Shown here: positions 55,024 to 64,000 of the stretch, one piece after another
Layout of the letters: every line of letters begins with the position of its first letter
How positions within the stretch are numbered: the stretch's first letter is position 1
Program-made: the position numbers and the translations under genes
Assembly: GCA_951406725.2 (NCBI GenBank)
Contig: OX597816.1
Coordinates: 65,968,001-66,032,000 of the forward strand
Length of the DNA: 64,000 bases
Reading direction: 5' to 3'
From: Octopus vulgaris
Lineage: Eukaryota
Notes under the pieces: generated by a model
What the model saw: the letters and a program-made list of their open reading frames with translations, nothing else
The model's database searches: none
What the model was told of the DNA's origin: nothing

Positions 55024-55512
55024 AGTAGTCAAATGGCTTCTCATTTATTTATGTTAGAAATGAGAAAAATCTTCATAAGTCATGATAATTAACCCTTTAA
55101 AAACATTAATGCTTGCATTGAATTTGAAGAGAAGGTTAACCTCCATGATATAACATTGGAACATAGGGTTTCACAGCAACTTTAGATTTATAGTGAAATG
55201 GCTTGTTTAAGATAAGTGTAGCACATGAAAATTGAAAATAAGATGTAAAACTTTGTTGGATTCACATTGTAAGAAACAGCAAAAAATCTAACCAGATGGC
55301 TCCCGAGTAAGAGTTTCTGATTGTTACTACATACAAAGATGTTAAATTTAAAAAAGGTAGTGGGATGTATTGTATATATATCATTTGCATATGTGGTGGT
55401 GGGGGGGCAGAGTTAGTGGTAATCAACAGAAAGTCATGCATACAGAAAAGGAAAATATTTTGAAAGGTTTCAAAATTGGTTGAAACGTATATTTACAGGG
55501 TCCTATTATTAA

Positions 55513-55804
55513 CCTAGTGGTTAGAGCAGCGGACTTGCGGTCGAGGGATCACGGGTTCGAATCTCAGACCAGGCGATGTGTGTGTTTATGAGCGAAACAC
55601 TTAAGCTCCATGCAGCTCTGGCAGAAGGTAATGGCGAACTTCTGCTGACTCTTTCACCACAACTTTCTCTCACTCTTTCCTCCTGCATCTTGCAACTCAC
55701 CTGCGACAAACCGGCATCCCGTCCAGGTGGGGAACCAATACACGAAGGAAACTGGGAAACCAGCCCTTATGACTCAGGCATGGCTTGAGAAGGAACAAAC
55801 AAAA
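55513..55804 (+). mobile_element. Same SINE family, opposite orientation
   Basis: Reverse complement of 54723-55023, with attattaa flanks. Confidence 0.85.
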
Positions 55805-56327
55805 ACATTATTAATGCAGGCACATGTGGGTCATTTAATAGGGAAACTTTTGATTCTAATACTTTGCAGTGGGCATAATCCATAAGAGAATTTGACTTGA
55901 AAGTTTTTTAAGGCATATTTTGTCAGTGTCAATTAGAGCAGTTTTAGTTTTTGCCATATTGCTCGAAAGAGACAGTAAAACTCTTTTGTAAAAAATTGCA
56001 AGTTCTGCAAAATAGAAGATAATCTTCTTGCTAGTTGAATCTTCCATCTAATTTCAATCCCTAGTTGTAACTGTTTCCTTTCATTTATACTTACAAGGTC
56101 TTTGAATATTGCAAGTTCCAAGCTCCTTCCTTGAAGTCAGTAGGGTTAGACACTCATTTATGGACATCTTATATTATGTAAAAGTCAGTTCGATGATTAT
56201 TTATCCCAGTAATGTGAGATAAATTAAATAGCTACTGATTGAGAATTAACAGATAGGATCACATGACTACACAAGATCATTTTTAAACTTTTACACCCGT
56301 GAACACTTACTCATGTTCATTTTCATG

Positions 56328-56582
56328 TTCATCATCATCATCATCATTTAACATCCGTTTTCCATGCTGGCAAGGGTTGGACAGTTTGACCGGGGTCTGG
56401 CAAGCCAGGAGGCTGCACCAGGCTCCATTCTGATCCAGCAGTGTTTCTACAGCTGGATGCCCTTCCTAATGCCAACCACACCGTGAGTGTAGTGGGTACT
56501 TTTTTACATGCCACCAGCACAGGTGCCAGAGGAGGCTGGCAATGGCCACAATTGGTTGGTGCTTTTTACATGCCACCGGCAC
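56328..56582 (-). mobile_element. RTE 3'-UTR-derived repeat
   Basis: (CAT)n-ttaacatccg...gcccttcctaatgccaaccac. Confidence 0.8.
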
Positions 56583-57867
56583 ATTGTAATATAATATAAA
56601 AAAGATTATTTAATTTTTGCATATGTACACTTGTTAAAAATCATTGTGTATGTGTGTGTGTCTGTCTGTCTCTGTGCATGTGTATATGTGTCATGCATAT
56701 CTTTATGTTTGCAAACATTTATACATTAAAAATAAATAACAAAATCTCTTAATACTTAGTTTGTAAACACTAAAAGAAGACATAATATTAATTCATAAAA
56801 ATCTATTATTTTCATGAATTATCTTTCATATAATAAGGCATCATACTGTTATTGATGTGAAATAACAGAAAAATATGAAAGATATGATGAGCTTCTCTCT
56901 CTCTCTCTCTCACTCTCTCCCTTGTTATGCCCTACATATATATATATATACACATGCATTTTCTCCCTTAACATTCTTACTGTTATATATGATAGAATCC
57001 ACACTCATTAGTTTCATGTATCATCTAATTTAAATATTTTCAATGAGTCGTCCTACCAGGAACAAACAGTAACATTATATTTCACTGTACAAGGAATTCT
57101 TTTATCATTAAAAGATGAAATCTATATTCATTTAATACTTGTAAAAAGAAAATCTGGAAAATTCTGAAAATAGCAAATGTTTTCAAGCGTCAGTTATATT
57201 TAGAAAATAATTTTCATTGTAACTTAAGCATGAGTTGCTAAATTAATTGCTTCTCTGTAAATATCTTTCATTGTTGTTGGCATGGCTGCTCCAGTCAGTG
57301 GTGCTGGGAAGAGCTAACCAGATGACTGTAAATCTCTGCTACATCTGTACAACTTGCTCATGTGTGGTATATATATCTATATATATGTCAACTTTTGTAT
57401 TGTTTTAATCAGCTGTCTGTATGTGCAATGTCATGTAGATGGTCAATCAAATTCCCTGTTCTAGAAAAGCTGTTTAGTTTGAATCCCACTTTAGACAACT
57501 GCTAGTAGATCCCTTGTGTGAAACCTCTTGTATTCAGATGTGTTGGTAATATTGGTAACCCTGATCTATAGAGTTATGTTGATTGAGTTATTTTTTGTAT
57601 GAGCTACAAATAATTTTCCAAATGTTTAAGGAAGCTGAACAGATATGTCACATCTGAAAAGCTGTGGGTTTTCTTTTTTTTTTTTTTTATTACATTTTCA
57701 TTACAGCTGATGTTGCTGAAATATGTTCCAAGAATTTAATATTTTCAGACGGCTCAATTCAACATCAACTAACTTGTAGAATGAAAGTAATTTTTACTCT
57801 TTTTAATGAATATAAACTTTATGAATTTCTATTTCATAACAAACTGCATCATTATTTGTTTTGTTAG

Positions 57868-57975
57868 GTTTAAAAGTTGTTGGTGGTCGAATGACAGAAA
57901 AAGGTCAACTTGGTGCATTCATTACAAAAGTAAAAAAAGGCAGCATAGCAGATACTGTAGGCCACTTGCGGGCAG
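57868..57975 (+). CDS. RIMS2: RIM (regulating synaptic membrane exocytosis) exon, PDZ domain first part (108 nt, phase 1-1)
   Basis: Acceptor ttgttag|, donor cag|gtaat. Translates GLKVVGGRMTEKGQLGAFITKVKKGSIADTVGHLRAG, nearly identical to the vertebrate RIM1/2 PDZ segment GLKVVGGKMT...AFITKVKKGSLAD.VGHLR.G. The invertebrate gene is co-orthologous to RIMS1/2 (unc-10). Confidence 0.96.
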
Positions 57976-58245
57976 GTAATGTATTTAAGAAATTGCATGA
58001 ATATAAATTTTATATACATTCGTTACTTATTTATATATTTTTATAAAACTATTTTGATTTTACTTCATAGTATGTAATTTCATTAAATAATTTTTTGGTA
58101 AATTACTTGAGTATTTCTTATATTTTGTTCCCAAATACAAAATACTTTTCAGATTACTCAATCCATCTGCATTACCAGTAGAATAAAATAATGTTCTTTT
58201 TTCTTCATTATATTATAAAATGCATTAAAATATTTTGTTTATCAG

Positions 58246-58369
58246 GAGATGAAGTTGTGGAATGGAATGGACGATCATTGCGTGAAGCCACATTTGAAGA
58301 AGTGTATGACATCATTTTTGAAACCAAACACGAACCTCAAGTAGAGCTAATTGTACATAGAAATGCAAA
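58246..58369 (+). CDS. RIMS2: RIM exon, PDZ domain second part (124 nt, phase 1-2)
   Basis: ttttgtttatcag| ... aa|gtaagt. Encodes GDEVVEWNGRSLREATFEEVYDIIFETKHEPQVELIVHRNAK, matching RIM GDEVLEWNG...ATxEEVYNIILESK.EPQVE.IV. In frame with the previous exon. Confidence 0.96.
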
Positions 58370-58462
58370 GTAAGTGTTAAAAGATTTTTATGGTATATCA
58401 TCTCTCAACACACCTTTACATTACAAGATATTCCTGATGTCAAAGTATATCAAAACAACTAA

Positions 58463-59303
58463 ACGCCTATTTTTCGGGGGATGGAGGCTTCTTCTTTTAA
58501 CTAGAGGTAGACCCAGGAAAACCTGGGATGAAGTGGTGAAGCTTCGAACTTTAGGCCTCACCAAGGAAATGACCAGTAACTGAGACCTTTGGAAATATGC
58601 AGTGTGTGAGAAGACCTGGCAAGCCAAATGAGACCATAACCTCATGGCCTATGCCAGGGGCGTAACCAGCCCACTTATGCGTACCTTTTCCTTCTTTGGA
58701 GACTAAACTCTGCTTGTGAAGACCTGTTGAGGCAAGTGAAATCAAAATCAAAGTGAAATTCGATGATGGGCACCCGTGCTAGCGGAGTACAAAGAGCACC
58801 ATACAAGCATGATCGTTGACAGAGCAGCTAACTGGCTTCCATGCCAGTGGCACATAAAAGGCACCATTCGAGTGTGATCGTTACCAGCATCACCTTACTG
58901 GCACTTGTGCCCAGTGCTAGTAGGGTGCTAAGAGCACCATCTGAGCGTGATCGTTGCCAGAGCGGCTAACTGGCTTCCATGCCAGTGGCATGTAAAAGGC
59001 ACCATTTGAGCATGATCGTTACCAGCATCGCCTTACTGGCACCTGTGCCAGTGGCATGTGTAAAAAGATTTGAGCAAAGTCGTTGCCAGTACTGCCTGAC
59101 TGGCCCCCGTGCCGGCGGCACGTAAAAAGCACCCACTACACTCTCGGAGTGGTTGGCGTTAGGAAGGGCATCCAGCTGTAGAAACTCTGCCAGATCTAGA
59201 CTGGAGCCTAGTGCAGCCATCTGGTTCGCCAGCCCTCAGTCAAACCGTCCAACCCATGCTAGCATGGAAAGTGGACATTAAACGATGATGATGATGATGA
59301 TGA
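58463..59303 (+). mobile_element. RTE LINE 3' end (ORF C-terminus + 3' UTR with tandem repeats + (GAT)n)
   Basis: RGRPRKTWDEVVK.LRTLGLTKEMTSN followed by the UTR shared by the many (CAT)n repeats in this window. Confidence 0.85.
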
Positions 59304-60054
59304 ACTAAAAAATTCTTGTCAGACATTCAACACAAATTTTTATTACTCATTTTTGTATTATTTTACTATTATATTATTGTTCTAAGTAAAAATCTGTGAG
59401 CAACAGTTAATGAATCAATGATAATATCATTTTGAAAATTTATATTCTGATTGCAATGCATGAATACATCAGGATAGTACAGTCTTGGTCAGAGTAGGGA
59501 ATACAATTTTAATCTTCACTTCATTACAAAAATTTTATTTTATCTACCCATGTGTTTGAAATGGAGGCAAAAGATCATAAGCATTTTAATGAATTTAACA
59601 TTTATGCTCTATAGCAGCATTGGTAATAACCCTAACTTTGAACAGTTTTTAGTCTTTCTGCAAAGAGGTCATACTTATTCTAACATAAAGTTAGGATGCA
59701 TAGAAAATCATTTGATTATTAAAAAATTCTGTTTCAGTTATAGCTTTGATATACAAAATATCAAAATACCCATTATCGGATCAGGAGTGCATTTGTCAAT
59801 CTAATAATGCAGTTGTAGAACAGTATTGTGTAAATTGTTATTGAATGAACTAATGAGTGGCCTACTTTACACCACTGTAATGTTAACTTAACTTGATGTA
59901 TCCTGTTGAACTGAGTAAATTCAGAACCATAGATATGAAAAAAATAATGATTATTTGATTTTAAGATTCTCTTAAAATGCAGAATAATTGATTTTGATAG
60001 CTATTTTATAATAGAACTCCTTTAAATAATCATTTCCTATTTTTGTTTTCTCAG

Positions 60055-60104
60055 AACTGGTGAGATTCCTCCTGGATTGCAGCAAATTGAGCCTTCAGGT
60101 AGAG
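60055..60104 (+). CDS. RIMS2: RIM small linker exon (50 nt, phase 2-1)
   Basis: Strong pyrimidine tract ttcctatttttgttttctcag|, donor gag|gtaagt. Reads (K)TGEIPPGLQQIEPSGR. Its phases bridge exactly the phase-2 end of the PDZ exon and the phase-1 start of the next exon. Confidence 0.85.
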
Positions 60105-60334
60105 GTAAGTGATAAAGTTTGTTAAATTTCAGCTGTTAAAATAGCTTTACAAATACACAAACCAAACACTTTACCACCTTAAAATAGAATTGGCATACTG
60201 GATAATGTAGTTCTAGATATATTATCTGAAAATAAGATGAGAACAGCCTTGCTCATATGACTTCTTGATCAGAGCTGACCAGAGAATAAAGTATAATCTC
60301 ATACAAACAAGGTCAAATATTATAGAATAATTAC

Positions 60335-60741
60335 TCTACTCTCTTTTACTTGTTTCAGTCATTTGACTGTGGCCATGCTGGATCACCGCCTTTAGTTGAG
60401 CAAATCGACCCCAGGACTTATTCTTTGGATGCCTAGTACTTATTCTATCAATATCTTTTGCCGAACTGCTAAATTACAGGGACGTAAGCACACCAGCATC
60501 GGTTGTCAAGTGATGTTGGGGGGGACAAACACAGACACAAACATATCCACACACACACTTATATATATATATATACATACATACAACAGGCTTCTTTCAG
60601 TTTCCATCTATCAAATCCACTCACAAGGCTTTGGTCAGCCTGAGGCTATAGTAGAAGACACTTGCCCAAGGTGCCACGCAGTGGGAAGGAACCCGGAACC
60701 ATGTGGTTGGTAAGCAAGCTACTTACCACACAGCCACTCCG
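60335..60741 (-). mobile_element. tRNA-derived SINE
   Basis: Reverse complement of 46646-47032. Confidence 0.85.
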
Positions 60742-60899
60742 ATGCCTACAAATTACAATTGAGTAATTTTTATTAAAAATTGCATTTTGATTGGATATTC
60801 TTAGATGCACATATTAATAGATATTATTAGAAATCTATTGCAGTTATTTAAATAGGTTCATCAAAATAATTCAATATAACAGTTGACCACAATGCTAAT

Positions 60900-61338
60900 T
60901 GCCTGGATCAGCCAGGCTGTCTGGTGCCGAGACGGCTCTGCTGGCCACAGCATTTGCTCCATTCCTCTTGTGCTCTTGCCATTCTCCTCCACGTTGTTCC
61001 AAACATCTTTCTTAAATCATCATCTCACCTGATTGGAGGTCTTCCGATCGGTCTCTTCCATTCATGCGGGTACCACTTAGCTACTGCACGGGTCCAATCT
61101 CTTCAACAGCAGAGTCTTACCTGTAATGCTAACGCACGTGAAACTTGGGCCTTGACGAGGAGAAAAGAACAACATCTGTTTACGGCGCAGACAACCATGG
61201 AAAGGTCAATGTTAGGAATCTCACTAAGGGATCACATCCAGAATGAGGAGATCAGGGATAGAACTGGAGTGAAGGACATCATTGCTGAATATCACCACAC
61301 AAAATACGATGGGCCAGTCATGTCACAAGGTTCACAGA
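60900..61338. mobile_element. 5'-inverted RTE LINE insertion with 12-bp TSD
   Basis: Minus part WTRAVAKWYP..WKRPIGRPPIR. Plus part ETWALT...MERSMLGISLRDHIQNEEIRDRTGVKDII. TSD cac(a/g)atgctaat. Confidence 0.75.
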
Positions 61339-61958
61339 CACGATGCTAATACACTCATAAAGTCATGAATGATTTCTTTCCTCAACCATGAAATGGATTT
61401 TTTTTCTACTATTCATGCTTTTCATATTTGCTTCCAATCAAAGTAGTCAAAGCTTTTAAAGTTTGATTCAAACCTATAGGAGTGACATGTCTCTCTCTTT
61501 TGAGACATTCTGCAGCTGTGGAGGTTTTACTTTGATGAGAAATCTGTGTGTAACAGCTTTACTTCTTAATGTTTTAATGTTGTATTCTCTGCAAGATCAA
61601 TGCCGTAAGGCCAAGTGACAGTGGGTTTGATTTTATTTTTACTTATGAGCAATTACAGTTAGCAAGTAATATGGTCCATGTTTGTTTTGCAGGAGTATGT
61701 TCACAATATGATAGTTTCTCCTTTGTAAGTCATTTTTATTGTGATTGACCAGTTTTACTTTATGCTGTTGGCATTTAGCCTTTTAGCATTCACATTATTT
61801 CATCAAGTGTAATAATTATTCATTCTTATTGTTTTAAATTAATCATACATTCTCTTGTAGCTTTGAAATTTTGATGATGTGATTGTTTATTTTTAGAATG
61901 ATATAGTAGGATAGGTGTGAGAGGTCAGATCTAACCAGTTTTTGAACAGAAACCAGGT

Positions 61959-62452
61959 ATTATTTACATTTGACAGATATTTGTCCTCATCTTCTTTGTT
62001 GTTAACATGTTTCGACTGATATACACTCCAGCCTTCATTGGGTGTCTTGGGGAAATTTCAAACCTGGGTTCACATTCCTAAGGTATTTTTTTATATTATT
62101 ATTATTATTATTCAGGTCACTGCTTGGAATTGAACTCAGAATCTTGGGGTTAGTAGCCCACACTCTTAACCACTACGCCCACGGGCATATGGCATATTGG
62201 TTATGAGCGCAGGTTACTAACCCCAAGATTCCGAGTTTGATTCCAGGCAGTGACCTGAATGATAATAATAATAATAATAATAATATCGAAAAATACTTTA
62301 GGAATGAGAACCCAGGTTCGAAATTTCCCCAAGACACCTGAAGAAGGCCGGAGGGTATATCAGCCGAAACGTTGTGTTAACAACAAACAAGATGACAAAT
62401 ATCCATCAAATGTAAATAATGTACATAATTCCTCATCTCTTAAATATAGAAC
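61959..62452. mobile_element. Fold-back tRNA-headed element with hammerhead tail (~220-bp inverted arms)
   Basis: 61959-62179 is inverted relative to 62191-62420. Flanking duplication gaacagaaa(c/g)caggtat at 61944-60 and 62449-65. Confidence 0.85.
62333..62378 (+). ncRNA. Minimal type-I hammerhead ribozyme, intact core
   Basis: GACAC-CTGAAGA-A-GGCCGG agggtata TCAGCC-GAAA-CG-TT-GTGTT. The AACGTT palindromic stem III is of the kind found in Penelope-associated minimal hammerheads. Confidence 0.8.
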
Positions 62453-63085
62453 AGAAAGCAGGTATATTTGAGCTGGATATAGCCAGTTTAAATGCCAAAG
62501 GATCAATTATTCACTTTCACACATTTAAGAGTGGTGAAACTCTGTTTAGATAGTCTCCAACAATTGCTGGCTGTCAATATACAATATTCTGATACTTATT
62601 TCCATTCATTACAGGGACGATAAGAGTTGTCTATTATTAATTCCTTTACATATGGAGTACATAGGCTCTTGTAGAATTTCTCCATAAAATTTTTCAAAAT
62701 ATAGATAATTATAAGTATCTTAATGGACACTATATATAATTACTCCAACTCATGAATTCCATTTCATTGAAGGGGAAAATTCTTCAGTTATTTATATATA
62801 AATAACTGAAGAATTTTTTAGCAATGTTCTTGGTTATGAAGATCCAAACTTTCTGATATTTGTGACATAACAAGTTCACATAATTTACTATTCGCAACAA
62901 AAGAGTTGAAGCGAAGTAAGGTTTCTTGTGTCTTTTAGTAGTAAAGCTCATTACACCTATTGAAATCTGTTTAATAACAAAGGATATTATAAGCAATTTA
63001 TCTTAATTATTGAAATGATGTGTTTATATATTCTCACAATTTCCTTTTTCTTTTTTTTTTTTTGTTATTTTAAATTACTTTTCAG

Positions 63086-63204
63086 CAGATTATAGTTCAA
63101 AAGATGGTCTCATGACTCGTCCCAGTGTCATGGTCACTTCCCCTGGATCACCGAGTGCCTCAGGAAAGCGGGTCCATTCACCGCAAATTACCGGAAAAAT
63201 TCAA
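63086..63204 (+). CDS. RIMS2: RIM exon, PDZ-C2A linker and start of C2A (phase 1-0)
   Basis: Long polypyrimidine tract, CAGCAG acceptor, donor caa|gtaaat. (A)DYSSKDGLMTRPSVMVTSPGSPSASGKRVHSPQITGKIQ resembles RIM RPSISVxSPxSP...LSGQL preceding the C2A domain. The gene continues beyond the window. Confidence 0.88.
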
Positions 63205-63492
63205 GTAAATTATCATAACATTTATTTTACAGATATCATTGTCATTGTATCATTGTACTTGTTAAAAATATTTCTTTCTATCGTCTGTCATCATTTAATG
63301 TCCATTTTCCATGCCGGCATGGGTCATGGCCAATGCCCTTCCTGTTACCAACCCTCACCTGTTTCCAAGCAAGTTAGTATTTCCCCATTCAGGCATGTTT
63401 TCCATGAAAGACTGGAAATGAGTGGCATCAGTTGTATGATGGTGTTACTTGTTTGCAATCATCACATGATGTCAAAACAAGGGAACACACAA

Positions 63493-63535
<43 letters not shown>

Positions 63536-64000
63536 GTTTCAGTTTCTGTTTATAAAATCCATTCAGAAGGCTTTGGTCAGCCCAGAGTATATAGTAAAAT
63601 ACACTTACTGAAGGTACTGTGCAGTAAGATTGAACTGAAGACCATGTAGTCCAGAAGCAAACTTCTTAACCACACAGCGATACCTGCACCATGCTATTAT
63701 TTTAAAGTTGATGGTTGAGAACAAGCCATAGATTTGTTTACAACAATAGAAATTGTGCAAAATCTCACCAACATTACATTTCAAATTTTCATGGAATCAG
63801 CTTGTCTCTTAAATTTGATATTAATAATAAATGTAAATGATAACAGAATACTTAAAGTAAGAAATTAAATCAATAATTTGCAGCATCTATACCTATATTC
63901 GTCTTCAAGTAGTGTTGTTGTCAGGTGAAGCAACTACAAATTCCTTTTAGCATGACAATCACAAAAGCTAAGTTCTGTTTTACCTGAACAGAAAATCAAC

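Larger units (their letters stand above)
61779..62502. mobile_element. piggyBac-like MITE split by the fold-back SINE
   Basis: Ends ccttttagcattca / aatgccaaagga. The body matches the reverse complement of 37050-37269. Confidence 0.7.

Noticed and set aside
62191-62258. tRNA gene (also tRNA-like heads at 25656, 46646 and 55513)
   Set aside because: Acceptor stems are incomplete and each runs into a repeat body, so these are SINE heads rather than functional tRNAs.
63205-63555. Continuation of the 147-aa ORF past the RIM exon
   Set aside because: This is read-through beyond the caa|gtaaat donor into intron and SINE sequence.

Overview
AT-rich, repeat-dense animal DNA. The repeat landscape and gene content look like an octopus (coleoid cephalopod); this is inferred from recognisable SINE/LINE families, not proven. 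The only well-supported host gene is RIM (RIMS1/2, unc-10 family; presynaptic active-zone scaffold) on the + strand. Four exons at 57868-63204 encode most of the PDZ domain, a linker and the start of C2A, with consistent splice phases (1-1-2-1-0). The first ~57.8 kb appears to be one very large intron, because the preceding PDZ exon was not found. It is filled with tRNA-derived SINEs (some in head-to-tail arrays), RTE, CR1-group and R4/Dong-type LINE relics, a Penelope relic, pogo/mariner relics, MITEs and microsatellites. Most ORFs in the supplied track are artefacts of these repeats. The most notable signal is a set of at least four unrelated small elements carrying minimal type-I hammerhead ribozyme folds, three of them as long fold-back hairpins. 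One is fused to a tRNA-derived Pol III head and one has a compensatory G3:C8 catalytic-core swap. A second notable signal is a 293-bp TG...CA element with a 5-bp TSD whose body is a tandem array of tRNA-Ser primer-binding-site units. All ribozyme and structure calls were made by eye and need computational and experimental confirmation.
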